Positions 48,149 to 57,417 of a stretch of 64,000 nucleotides of DNA are shown in pieces (within the stretch, counting starts at the first letter, position 1; every line of letters starts with the position of its first letter). Below the pieces are notes generated by a model. The model saw only the letters and a program-made list of their open reading frames with translations, searched no databases and was not told the DNA's origin. This stretch comes from an uncultured Gammaproteobacteria bacterium (GTDB taxonomy: Bacteria; Patescibacteriota; Patescibacteriia; JACPL01; CAZRYK01): positions 267-64,266 of the forward strand of contig CAZRYK010000002.1 of the NCBI GenBank assembly GCA_964604315.1, given 5' to 3'. A program made the translations under genes and the position numbers.

Positions 48149-49468
48149 TTAAAACGTCAACTTATACATATCGGCTGTGCCGTGATAGGTATAGGGTTTT
48201 GAGTACACCCAAAACATGCGGTGTTGCGCGTCAACGGTAAATGTCTGATACGGCCCGTACGCGTTGTAGTCAACTCGTGTTCCCATAGTGAACGTGCCAT
48301 TCGCATCAACATCCGCAGAAGAAAAATAGACGTTCTTCCAACCAATGCGTGCGCGATTTGGATCTGTTGGACTCTTTATGATCGTTGCTCGATATTTCGC
48401 GTCTGTTGCCAGCGTAGCGACTGGTTCGGTAAATGTGCCGTCGGTGTTTACGCGGAACGTCATAACATTGCCAACATTATTACTCACCTGCTCTTTGAGA
48501 GCAACAAGCGTATGGCTACCATCAAAAGAAACGGCATCCAACGTGTTTACCGAAATCCAAAAGTAATCAAGCGGTCTTTCGTAGAAGAGCGTTCGGTCTG
48601 TGGTGACGTTTCCGGCCGTATCGTATTGCTTCAGATAAAATCCGTCATATTCGTTCCATAAGACCGTTAGCCGCCCGGCTTGCGGATCGAACGTTGCGGC
48701 AAGATCAGAACCAAATGGAACCGCAGAGGCCACCGTCACCGGATCGCCAAGAGGCGTGCCGTTCATGGCAATACGCTGATACGTTATATCTCGTGAAAAC
48801 GGTTCGGCTACGGGTTCTTCGAAAACCACGATCATTTCATTTTCGTTCATAGGAAGCAGGAAATACTCATTAAACACTTTGTCGTAGCTTGGATCGTCGC
48901 GCTCAACGAGCGTCACGGGGTTTCCAAGTTTCTGCCCATCCAAAGTATACCGCTGTCCTTTGATATATGTTTTTCCGGAAAGTTGCGGCCGCATCACATA
49001 GGTTTGCAAGATCTCACGATCCCCGCCGTTGGTTAAAAGAAGAAGTGGCATAACTTGTGGAGTGCCGAATCCAAATTTGCAGCAGAACGACGACCATCGC
49101 ACAGCGCCGGTTGTGGCATTCAGTGCCGTTAGCATCACCCCGTTGGTGTCCCTGCTCGTTGACGCGGAATTAATATACAAAGTGTCATCAACAACCAGAA
49201 GGCCGGAGTCCACCACTTTTTGCGTCAGCGGGTTCTCTCTTGTCCACGCCGGTTCCAATATTTCTGACGCCGCGGCTTGCTTTATGCGGTCTGTCGGAAA
49301 TCCTGCAATACTGAAAATAGTAACAACTGCCACACTTACGCCCAATGCGAGCGATTTTAAAATATTGCCCTTCACACTGAACCAAAAACTTTTTATATGT
49401 ACGTTTCTCATAGAGAAAAAAGTTAGGATGAATACGCTGAAACTATACCTAATTGTGTGGCGTGTCAA
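48149..49468 (-). CDS. hypothetical secreted beta-rich protein
   Basis: Signal-peptide-like N-terminus (KSLALGVSVAVVTIFSIAG), then about 380 aa of beta-strand-rich sequence with no catalytic motif. Confidence 0.4.
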   Translation of the reverse strand: MTRHTIRYSFSVFILTFFSMRNVHIKSFWFSVKGNILKSLALGVSVAVVTIFSIAGFPTDRIKQAAASEILEPAWTRENPLTQKVVDSGLLVVDDTLYINSASTSRDTNGVMLTALNATTGAVRWSSFCCKFGFGTPQVMPLLLLTNGGDREILQTYVMRPQLSGKTYIKGQRYTLDGQKLGNPVTLVERDDPSYDKVFNEYFLLPMNENEMIVVFEEPVAEPFSRDITYQRIAMNGTPLGDPVTVASAVPFGSDLAATFDPQAGRLTVLWNEYDGFYLKQYDTAGNVTTDRTLFYERPLDYFWISVNTLDAVSFDGSHTLVALKEQVSNNVGNVMTFRVNTDGTFTEPVATLATDAKYRATIIKSPTDPNRARIGWKNVYFSSADVDANGTFTMGTRVDYNAYGPYQTFTVDAQHRMFWVYSKPYTYHGTADMYKLTF

Positions 49469-49483
49469 GCGGCTGTGAGCGAT

Positions 49484-49527
49484 TTGGCAAGAGCTTAGCT
49501 CTTGCCTAAATACGGCAAAAGCTTAGC
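49484..49527. terminator. tandem hairpins GGCAAGAGCTTAGCTCTTGCC and GGCAAAAGCTTAGCTTTGGCC
   Basis: Two adjacent 9-bp-stem hairpins between convergent or serial minus-strand genes. Same family as 19441-19461 and 55318-55338. Confidence 0.5.
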
Positions 49528-49544
49528 TTTGGCCAAAAAATGCC

Positions 49545-50333
49545 TTAAGGCTTCGACACCTGCCACAGTGCCTGAAACCAGACACGGTAGCTGTCGGCAA
49601 GAGCGCGGCTACGCAACACAAAGAACACGGCGTTGTCATCGATACGCAAAATGCGACAACCGGTATAGGTGACCACGTAATCACCAAAGACATTGATAAT
49701 GGAATCGGTGGAATATTGTTGTGGCAAAACACGATATTCTAATTCGCCCAGAAAATGTTTGGGGAAGTTGGGAATCTTTTGTACCGCTTCATAATTAAAA
49801 AGTTCAATAAACTTCATTTTCTTGCGGTTCGCCTCTTTAAAAAAGGATTTTGCTGATGTTTCCATGCGCGGGTCAAACCACGCCGCGTTTGCCCCTACCG
49901 CATAAACCGTTTCTTCCACACGTAAACAATCGCGCCACACATTTTTTTGCCCCTCCAACCCGCGGTAAATATACGCCTCTTCTGGTGACTGCTGTTTTTG
50001 GTATTTGGATTCCAGCTCGGGCATAATGCCTTGAATTTTCTGTTGCTTTTCTCCTAGGATTTCTAACAACTTTCCCGGATCTACTGGGCTGTATTTATTG
50101 TCTTTGCTGGAAAAAATAGGGAAGCATAACCCCTTGGCCACTAAACGCTCAATGGTGTCATAGGCGTTGCGTCGATTAATGCCGGTTTTAATCGAAATTT
50201 GGGGGACACTGGATTCGCCCAAATTCAATAATGCCTCATAGATTTTTGCTTCATTTGGGCTAAGACCAGCGGATTGTAAGATTTCTTGATACATATATGG
50301 TGGTGAATAACCATCAGTGGTTGCCTTTGCCAC
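49545..50333 (-). CDS. TrmB-family transcriptional regulator (paralog 4)
   Basis: wHTH LSPNEAKIYEALLNLGESSVPQISIKTGINRRNAYDTIERLVAKGL plus a TrmB-type C-terminal domain. Confidence 0.75.
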   Translation of the reverse strand: MAKATTDGYSPPYMYQEILQSAGLSPNEAKIYEALLNLGESSVPQISIKTGINRRNAYDTIERLVAKGLCFPIFSSKDNKYSPVDPGKLLEILGEKQQKIQGIMPELESKYQKQQSPEEAYIYRGLEGQKNVWRDCLRVEETVYAVGANAAWFDPRMETSAKSFFKEANRKKMKFIELFNYEAVQKIPNFPKHFLGELEYRVLPQQYSTDSIINVFGDYVVTYTGCRILRIDDNAVFFVLRSRALADSYRVWFQALWQVSKP

Positions 50334-50385
50334 TCAACATGAATAATATACCATGATCGGAAATTAATCAATAGCTCAAAATAGT

Positions 50386-51396
50386 ATGAAAACCAACTTT
50401 ATTCTTTTTATTGCGCTTGCAGTTGTTGTGGCCGCCGGCGCGTGGAAATTCTATCTTTCACCAGAATCATTGCCAAAAGAAGCAGAAGTTTTAGAAACAA
50501 CAACCGTGAAGATTGCAAACTTGCCCGTTGTGCAGGGGTTGCCGTTATATCTTGCTATAGAGAAAGGCTATTTTAAAGAAGCGGGTCTGAATGTGGAAAT
50601 GGTAAAGTTCGAAGCGCCGAATCAAATCATCGACGCCTTGCTTCAAGGACAGGTAGATTTTTCCTCGCCAAGTGGCGCCATGGGAATCACCGGAATCGCG
50701 GATTTTAAAAATCCCGGAAAATTAAAAATTTATGCGGCTGGCGGAGGCACAAGCCTCATTCAAAACGATGCGATTTTGGTAAAAAACGACAGCATGATTC
50801 GTTCGTTTGAAGATTTGCAGGGAAAGAAATTAGGCATTGTTGCCGGAAGCATTCAATGGCGAACCATTGCGCGTGATATTTTGGCGAAAAATAATTTAAT
50901 CGCGGATCAAGATGTTACGCTTGTGGAAATTGCCTTAAGTTTGCAGGCAGAAAGTTTGGCAATAGGCCAAGTAGATGCGTTATTAGGCATTGAACCCATC
51001 CCGACGATTGTGAAGTCAAAAAATATCGGGAAAGAAATTGTTGACCATGTGACAACGCGCTATATTGCTGACCCCTTTTACGCCGGCGCAGGAATTGTGC
51101 GTGAAGATTTTGCTGCACAAAACCCAAACACCACAAAAAAAGTTTTAGACGTTTTTGAACAAACTATTAACGAAATAAACGCCGATCCCGATGCCGCGCG
51201 TCTGTATCTTAAAGGTTATACCGCTCTTGATGATGTTGCGATTGCGAAAGTACCTATTTCCACTTTCACGTTTTATAGCGATTTCACTCAAGAAGATATT
51301 GACGCGGTGCAGAAATTTTATGACATCTTCACGACCTTTGGCGTTGTTGGCGGGCGCATAGATTTTGAAAAACTTTTGTATTCGTCTTCGCAATAA
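50386..51396 (+). CDS. ABC transporter substrate-binding protein, NMT1/SsuA-like (second operon)
   Basis: N-terminal anchor and a periplasmic binding fold (VKIANLPVVQGLPLYLAIEKGYFKEAGL) homologous to 26927-27925. Confidence 0.7.
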   Translation: MKTNFILFIALAVVVAAGAWKFYLSPESLPKEAEVLETTTVKIANLPVVQGLPLYLAIEKGYFKEAGLNVEMVKFEAPNQIIDALLQGQVDFSSPSGAMGITGIADFKNPGKLKIYAAGGGTSLIQNDAILVKNDSMIRSFEDLQGKKLGIVAGSIQWRTIARDILAKNNLIADQDVTLVEIALSLQAESLAIGQVDALLGIEPIPTIVKSKNIGKEIVDHVTTRYIADPFYAGAGIVREDFAAQNPNTTKKVLDVFEQTINEINADPDAARLYLKGYTALDDVAIAKVPISTFTFYSDFTQEDIDAVQKFYDIFTTFGVVGGRIDFEKLLYSSSQ

Positions 51397-51401
51397 GATT
51401 T

Positions 51402-52130
51402 ATGCTTAACAACCAACAACAAAAACAAGTACAGCGGCAGATTGCGGCTTATGAAAAACGGAAAGGTGTTGATCGTATTGCTATTCCTATTGATCAAGAA
51501 AGATTTGTTATTGAGATCGATCCTTTTGTTGCAAATCCAAGAATGATGAATTCCGGTTTGCAGATGGTGCAGTATTTATTAGAACGACCACAGCTTGTTT
51601 ATGACAAAGTTGTTGTGGATATGGGAACAGGTTGTGGGATCTTGGGTATTGTTGCCGGATTATTGGGAGCAAAAAAGGTTTTGATGATGGATGTGGACCA
51701 AAAAGCGGTTGCAAATGCCAAGCGAAATATTCAAAGGCTGGGACTTAGCGCAATATGCGAAGCGTTCTGTAGTGATTTGTTTAAGAACTATGGTGACCGC
51801 CCGAAAGCTGATGTGCTCATTTTTAATCATCCCTTCTTTGCCGCACGCGCTCTTTATGGAAAACCATGGACGCGGATGATGCTCGGCGGAACCACTCTTA
51901 TTGCAAATTTTTTAGCACAAGCGCCACGCTTCTCCTATGAGGATTCATTGTACATTCTGCTATTTATGAACATGGCGGGTTACCGTGACAGCCGAATCGA
52001 TAACGATCCGGGGAAAAGATCTCAAGCTTATGGTTTTGAAATAGTAAACATCACAGAACAAAAAGCCGTGAAAAGCGGATTACAGCGTACGAAATTTAAG
52101 ATTTACGAATTGAGACATACCGGCAAATGA
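51402..52130 (+). CDS. SAM-dependent methyltransferase (MTS/HemK-RsmC-like, with an NHPF motif) embedded in the ABC operon
   Basis: Motif I VVDMGTGCGILG and a motif IV-like VLIFNHPF, which is an NPPY/NPPF variant. Confidence 0.6.
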   Translation: MLNNQQQKQVQRQIAAYEKRKGVDRIAIPIDQERFVIEIDPFVANPRMMNSGLQMVQYLLERPQLVYDKVVVDMGTGCGILGIVAGLLGAKKVLMMDVDQKAVANAKRNIQRLGLSAICEAFCSDLFKNYGDRPKADVLIFNHPFFAARALYGKPWTRMMLGGTTLIANFLAQAPRFSYEDSLYILLFMNMAGYRDSRIDNDPGKRSQAYGFEIVNITEQKAVKSGLQRTKFKIYELRHTGK

Positions 52131-52870
52131 GTATTTCTATTCAAAACCTAAAAAAATCCTTTAGCGGCGCTGAAGTCTTTCAAAATTTCAGTGCGGATTT
52201 TGAAGAGGGAATCATTACCGCGATTGTTGGGCCAAATGGTTCGGGGAAAAGTACGCTATTAAATATTTTGTCGGGAATTCTTCCAAAAGATAGCGGTGAA
52301 TTTTCCATAAAAGAATTCCATCCGTTCCATTTTAGTTACATTTTCCAAAATTACCGCGAGTCGTTGTTGCCATGGCAAACGAATGCCGAAAACATTGCGT
52401 TGCCGCTTCAGATTCAAAAATATAGCAAAGAACAGATTCAACGCCACATTCACGATCTGCTTACCTTTACGGGATTACCCATAAACTTACAGCAATATCC
52501 GTATGAGCTAAGTGGTGGGCAGCAGCAAATGCTAGCTTTTTGCCGCGCACTTATAACACGGCCGAGTCTTCTTTTTATTGATGAACCTTTCTCGGCGCTG
52601 GATTACGAAAATAATTTACGTCTACGCGGGGTTTTGCAAAAATATTATATCGCTTTTAAACCAACCATTACTTTAATAACGCATAATATTGAAGAAGCGG
52701 TGCATCTGGCTCAAAAGATTGTCGTCTTTTCCCAAAAACCTACACAAGTTGTTGCGGTTATTGATAACCCCTTGCCTTTCCCGCGAACGATTGAATCGCT
52801 AAAATCGTCGGAGTTCGATGATTTGAAGGATAAGGTGCTTTCAATTTTTCAAAAAGTCGCCCACGTATGA
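52127..52870 (+). CDS. ABC transporter ATP-binding protein
   Basis: Walker A GPNGSGKSTL, signature LSGGQQQ, Walker B LLFIDEP. Its start overlaps the upstream stop (ATGA). Confidence 0.85.
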   Translation: MSISIQNLKKSFSGAEVFQNFSADFEEGIITAIVGPNGSGKSTLLNILSGILPKDSGEFSIKEFHPFHFSYIFQNYRESLLPWQTNAENIALPLQIQKYSKEQIQRHIHDLLTFTGLPINLQQYPYELSGGQQQMLAFCRALITRPSLLFIDEPFSALDYENNLRLRGVLQKYYIAFKPTITLITHNIEEAVHLAQKIVVFSQKPTQVVAVIDNPLPFPRTIESLKSSEFDDLKDKVLSIFQKVAHV

Positions 52871-53610
52871 AACGCGCCTACCTTATTGGCCCGGTTTTTT
52901 TCATTGCGCTATGGGCCTTTGTTACAAGAGTTCAGCTTGTTGATACTTTTTTCTTACCCAGCCCTTTTTTAACCATAAGAAAATTAGTAGAGCTTTTCCA
53001 ATATGGTGGCATGACAAACGATTTTTTTGCAACCGTGAAACGTGTTGGTTTAGCTTTTGGGATTGCCTCCCTTATTGGTGTGCCATTGGGGCTTGTGCTA
53101 GGTAGTAAAGAAAAGGTTTACCGCAGTGTGGAGTTTATGATTGATTTTTTTCGCTCTACGCCAGCAACTGCGCTTTTCCCGCTTTTTCTTTTACTCTTTG
53201 GCATCACCGATAAATCAAAAATTGCCGTGGCCGCGTTTACCTCGGTTCTGGTAATTGTTTTTAACACGGCGTATGGCGTGATGCATACAAAGAAATCGCG
53301 ATTATTGGCAGCTCAGTTGATGGGCGCAGGAAAAACGCAAATCTTCCGCTGGATTTTATTCTGGGAAAGTTTACCGCAAACAGTTGTGGGTTTGCGAAGC
53401 GCCGTGAGTCTCTCGTTGATCGTCATTATTGTCACGGAAATGTTTATTGGGACAACCGTTGGGCTAGGGCGAAGAATTATTGATGCCCAAATCACCTATG
53501 AAATCCCGGCTATGTATGCCACTATTCTGCTAACAGGAATTTTAGGTTATCTTCTAAACCTGCTTTTTGTTGTTATAGAAAAACGCTTCTTACACTGGAG
53601 CGGCAAGTGA
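52867..53610 (+). CDS. ABC transporter permease (NitT/TauT family)
   Basis: Six TM segments with an EAA-like loop. Its start overlaps the ATPase stop. Confidence 0.8.
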   Translation: MKRAYLIGPVFFIALWAFVTRVQLVDTFFLPSPFLTIRKLVELFQYGGMTNDFFATVKRVGLAFGIASLIGVPLGLVLGSKEKVYRSVEFMIDFFRSTPATALFPLFLLLFGITDKSKIAVAAFTSVLVIVFNTAYGVMHTKKSRLLAAQLMGAGKTQIFRWILFWESLPQTVVGLRSAVSLSLIVIIVTEMFIGTTVGLGRRIIDAQITYEIPAMYATILLTGILGYLLNLLFVVIEKRFLHWSGK

Positions 53611-54076
53611 CTTTTGTTAATCTTCGCATTTAAACCATATCGAAGGTTGTACAAGTAGCAAACTTGAATCCTTATTATTGGCAAATTATGAGGATTCGCT
53701 CTACTAGAAATTGATCAATTTTAAGGATATATGGAAATGCCTCGCTCAATCTGGCAAACACTAAAGTGTTGGACAGTTTTTGTGCTTGACAGAGAAAAGA
53801 GATGGAGTGCAGTTAAAGTGTTGAGGCAGTGACGTGCCGGGGCGTCATCTTAGCTTGGCTCGCGCCTAATGGCGAGCCGCCGGCCGAGCCGGTAAAACGG
53901 ATCCCTCTGCGGAGACGGGTCCGGCCCCCAATCGTCTAGCTTCAACAGGGAGGGCGGTAGCCTTTGTGCCGCCCTCCCACCACTCCCATTTTTGAAATCA
54001 GCATAAGAAACAGACTCGAGCGCTAGATACCAAACACTTGGTGCTTGGTATTGTATTCTTAAACACGACAATGGGT

Positions 54077-54835
54077 TTATTTTCCCAATCGATCCCACAA
54101 AAGCTGGAAAATAATTTTTTGTAAATCCGCGAATTCTTTGGATTCAATAATCACGGCCATTTTTTCTTTCCATGACGCAATCAACATTTTATCGTTATAG
54201 ATTTTTACTTCTGGTGAAAAGGTGAGGGTTGGATCTGGTAAAAATTTTGTCTCGCGTAGTGCGTGGCGCTCCAGGGTGGCGCGCGCACGCGACACTTCGT
54301 TTTGTACAAAGATAGCGCGAATGGGAATTTTCTTTTTCGCTCGACGTTGAAAATACTCGGGGAAAAAGTTGGGTAATGTTTCGAGCATGGTTTGGACATT
54401 GGTATACGCTAACATTTTCCCTTTGCATGTTAGGGAGTCTTCATAAGCTTCACGCAAGCCCTTTTCTCCCTCATAGAATTGAACTTTTGGCCGTGTGGTG
54501 TGGAAGTTTTGCAAAGATAAAAATTCTGGCAGCACATTTTCCATTAATTTTTTCTGCTTTTGGAAGCTGCGCTCTTTTTCGCGTGCCTCGCGCTCTAAAT
54601 AATGAATGAGCTCTCGCGGATCAAGCGCTTGAAAATGCGTTTTTGCGCCTTTTTTGTATTTACTCACCACACCCCGATGGATAAGAGATTCAAGAATATC
54701 ATAGACAGTTGCGCGGATATATTGCGTGTGTTTGGCAAGTTGTGCCGCGGTGGCATCGCCTAAAGTAATAAGGGCAAGGTAGATGTTGGATTCTTTATCC
54801 GAGAACCCAATAGCTCGAAGTGTTTGGTGAAGCAT
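54077..54835 (-). CDS. TrmB-family transcriptional regulator (paralog 5)
   Basis: wHTH FSDKESNIYLALITLGDATAAQLAKHTQYIRATVYDILESLIHRGVV plus a TrmB-type C-terminal domain. Confidence 0.75.
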   Translation of the reverse strand: MLHQTLRAIGFSDKESNIYLALITLGDATAAQLAKHTQYIRATVYDILESLIHRGVVSKYKKGAKTHFQALDPRELIHYLEREAREKERSFQKQKKLMENVLPEFLSLQNFHTTRPKVQFYEGEKGLREAYEDSLTCKGKMLAYTNVQTMLETLPNFFPEYFQRRAKKKIPIRAIFVQNEVSRARATLERHALRETKFLPDPTLTFSPEVKIYNDKMLIASWKEKMAVIIESKEFADLQKIIFQLLWDRLGK

Positions 54836-54984
54836 AAAGTTGTAGAAAATATCTCGACAGATTTACTATATAATATTAGCGAATAATTAGCAATATATAA
54901 AGGGATATTCGGTAGTATATTGGCGATATCTACAGTTTTTGTACAGTCAAAGAAGGTTGCCTCGTGAAACACAAGGAGGAAGCG

Positions 54985-55266
54985 ATGGCTGAAAGCACGC
55001 CAGATGGGCTTACGCCAGAGGACCTCGAAGACATCATGCGTCTCATCGAGGAGTTCGCACAGGAGGAAGGGGACCCGCAGTTGGTAGAGCGGATGAGAAA
55101 GGCGTTTCAGCGCGGATATGAGGGGCCGCCACTGACGCCAGAGGAGGCAGAGAACGAGGGACGCAAGCTCCTCGCCGCGATAGCTCACCGTGCTGATATC
55201 GTCTTTGCTCGTTTGAGCCTGACCGATGTCGTCGAAGAGTGGGTGAAGCGCATGACGCGCAAGTAA
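54985..55266 (+). CDS. small GC-rich ORF, family member C (acidic hypothetical protein)
   Basis: AAGGAGGAAG Shine-Dalgarno directly upstream of the ATG. Very high GC at third codon positions. TPEDLEDIMRLIEEF...MRKAFQRG resembles the family A/B segments. It is divergent from a TrmB paralog, as A is. Confidence 0.45.
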   Translation: MAESTPDGLTPEDLEDIMRLIEEFAQEEGDPQLVERMRKAFQRGYEGPPLTPEEAENEGRKLLAAIAHRADIVFARLSLTDVVEEWVKRMTRK

Positions 55267-55317
55267 CCAAATCGGCCCCATCTAAGCAATTAGGTGGGGC
55301 CGGGAGATTTAGAATTT

Positions 55318-55365
55318 GGCAAAAGCTTAGTTTTGGCCAATTGTCAAACACCGAGTGTTTGACAA
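55318..55365. terminator. convergent terminator pair: GGCAAAAGCTTAGTTTTGGCC and TTGTCAAACAC-CGA-GTGTTTGACAA
   Basis: Two perfect hairpins between the plus-strand small ORF and the minus-strand RNase J gene. Confidence 0.55.
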
Positions 55366-55371
55366 TGCGCT

Positions 55372-57141
55372 TTAAACTTCAATAAACACCGGGAGGATCA
55401 TGGGGCGGCGTTCGGTTTTTTCGAACAAGAATAATCCAATGTCATCGCGCAGTTTGTTTTTTAGGTATACGTCACTACCTGACGATTTCTGCCCGTCGGT
55501 TCGCAAAATGTCTTCCACGCGTTTGCGGGTTTCGTCTATTAAATCTTTGCTGGATTTCATGTACACAAATCCGCGCGAAAGAATATCTGGCGAGCCCACC
55601 AATTTTCCGTTTTCATCAATGGAAGCAATAATCACGACCATGCCTTCTTTGGCCATCTGCTGACGATCGCGCAATACCACGTTCGACACATCGCCGACGC
55701 CCAAGCCGTCCACAAACACATAATCCCATGGAACGCGCTTGTCGGTTAACGTCACATGGCCTTTCACCATTTCCATTACTTGGCCGTTCAGCGTGATTAA
55801 CACTTGCTCCGGATTCCAGCCCAACTCTAATGCGGCTTTTTCTGCAGAGCGCAACATATGGTGTTCACCCATAATTGGCGCAATAAAATGCGGGTCCACC
55901 AAGTTGAATAACAATTTCACATCTTCGTATTGCATGTGACCGCCCGCGTGAATGTCCATCATCTGGTAATGGAACACATGGGCTCCGCGCTTCAGTAAGT
56001 TATCTTGAACTCGCACCACACTGCGTTCATTACCCGGAACAACAGACGAAGAAAACACCACCGTGTCACCTTTTTCCACTTTCCAAAAGCGATGCTCGCC
56101 ATTGGCAATGCGCATTAACGCGGCCCGGTCTTCGCCTTGTGCGCCGGTTGCCAAAATAATAATTTTTTCCGGCGGCATTTTTAACGCTTGTTGCGCGGAA
56201 ACCAACGTGCGGGGTTTAACGTCTAAATATTGCAACTCTTTGGCAATCTCCACATTGCTACGCATGCTGTAACCTTCCACAACGACTTTGCGGTCTAACT
56301 GTTCGGCAAACCACAAAATTTGTTGCACGCGGGAAAGGAGCGAGGCAAACGTCCCAATAATAATGCGCCCTTCGGCTTCTTCAAAAACACGGAATAATTC
56401 TTTGCCAATGGCGCGTTCGGACAATTGATGCCCGGCTTTCATGGCATTGGTCGAATCAGAGAGCAATAAGTCTACGCCCTGCTCGCCCAAGCGCGCCATT
56501 TTCCCCAGCTCGGCGGGTTTGTCCATGACCGGCGTATGATCGAACTTCATGTCACCCGTGTGCATAATACTACCGTCGGGTGTATGAATAACCATGCCCA
56601 CGCAATCCGGAATGTTATGGTTCACGCGGAAAAAATCAATGGTCAGGTGGCCGAGGGTTAAAGATTTGTCCGGGTCAATTTCACGCAACGTAATGTCGCC
56701 GTATTCTTGAAAATCGGTTTGGCGTTTGGCAATAATGGCGTTGGTGAGCCGTGTGCCGTAAATTGGCGGGTTCAACAACCGACGCGTAATATGCGGCAGG
56801 CCGCCAATGTGATCGTAGTGCCCGTGCGTAATAATCATGCCGCGGATTTTTTTCTCTTTACCGCGCAAATACGAAATGTTTGGAATGACGTAATCCACGC
56901 CCGGCATATCTTCTTCGGGAAATTGCAAACCGCAGTCAACAATCACGATATCGTCGCGGGTTTCGATAACGGTCATATTGCGGCCCACTTCTTCGGCGCC
57001 GCCCAACACAATAATCCGCGTGCCTTTGGGGTCTGGCAGTTCTGTTACCGGCCGTGTTTCTTGAAACACACTCTTAAATCGTCGTTCCCGAAAGCGTTCT
57101 TTTGATGGCCTTTTGCCATGGGGTCTTTTAGTTGTCATCAT
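55372..57141 (-). CDS. rnj: ribonuclease J
   Basis: Metallo-beta-lactamase motif ITHGHYDHIGG, a beta-CASP domain, and the C-terminal RNase J domain. 589 aa. Confidence 0.9.
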   Translation of the reverse strand: MMTTKRPHGKRPSKERFRERRFKSVFQETRPVTELPDPKGTRIIVLGGAEEVGRNMTVIETRDDIVIVDCGLQFPEEDMPGVDYVIPNISYLRGKEKKIRGMIITHGHYDHIGGLPHITRRLLNPPIYGTRLTNAIIAKRQTDFQEYGDITLREIDPDKSLTLGHLTIDFFRVNHNIPDCVGMVIHTPDGSIMHTGDMKFDHTPVMDKPAELGKMARLGEQGVDLLLSDSTNAMKAGHQLSERAIGKELFRVFEEAEGRIIIGTFASLLSRVQQILWFAEQLDRKVVVEGYSMRSNVEIAKELQYLDVKPRTLVSAQQALKMPPEKIIILATGAQGEDRAALMRIANGEHRFWKVEKGDTVVFSSSVVPGNERSVVRVQDNLLKRGAHVFHYQMMDIHAGGHMQYEDVKLLFNLVDPHFIAPIMGEHHMLRSAEKAALELGWNPEQVLITLNGQVMEMVKGHVTLTDKRVPWDYVFVDGLGVGDVSNVVLRDRQQMAKEGMVVIIASIDENGKLVGSPDILSRGFVYMKSSKDLIDETRKRVEDILRTDGQKSSGSDVYLKNKLRDDIGLFLFEKTERRPMILPVFIEV

Positions 57142-57200
57142 AAAATATACTCCGTTATTTTTTTAAATAAGGCGGCCATACGGCGCGCTTGAAATAGTTG

Positions 57201-57284
57201 TGGGGATGGGGAGATTTGAACTCCCACGAGGTTGCCCTCACTAGCTCCTGAAGCTAGCGTGTATGCCAGTTTCACCACATCCCC
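57201..57284 (-). tRNA. tRNA-Leu (anticodon CAG)
   Basis: Reverse complement folds as GGGGATG-TG-GTG-AAACTGGCATA-CAC-G-CTAGC-TTCAGGA-GCTAG-TGAGGGCAACCTCGT-GGGAG-TTCAAAT-CTCCC-CATCCCC-A. It is a type II tRNA with a long variable arm. Confidence 0.85.
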
Positions 57285-57322
57285 GTAAACTTTGCTTCGC
57301 AAAGTTTGAGTCTTGAGTATTT

Positions 57323-57417
57323 AGTAATGAGTACTTAGCGCAAGGTAGAATTTTTTAAAATCATCTAGCAAAGTTTTCCCCAAACTACCAACTACTAATT
57401 ACGAACTACTCATTACT
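57323..57417. repeat. MITE-like element, copy 2, with terminal inverted repeats AGTAATGAGTA / TACTCATTACT
   Basis: Core about 80% identical to 12880-12942. Like copy 1 it abuts a tRNA gene and an AAACTTTGC...GCAAAGTTT hairpin. Confidence 0.55.

Noticed and set aside
53830-53990. SRP RNA / RNase P RNA identity for the GC-rich structured segment
   Set aside because: The conserved GGAAGGAAGCAGC (SRP domain IV) and AAAGTCCGGGC / ACAGAACCCGGCTTA (RNase P) signatures were not found on either strand. It is kept only as an unclassified candidate.
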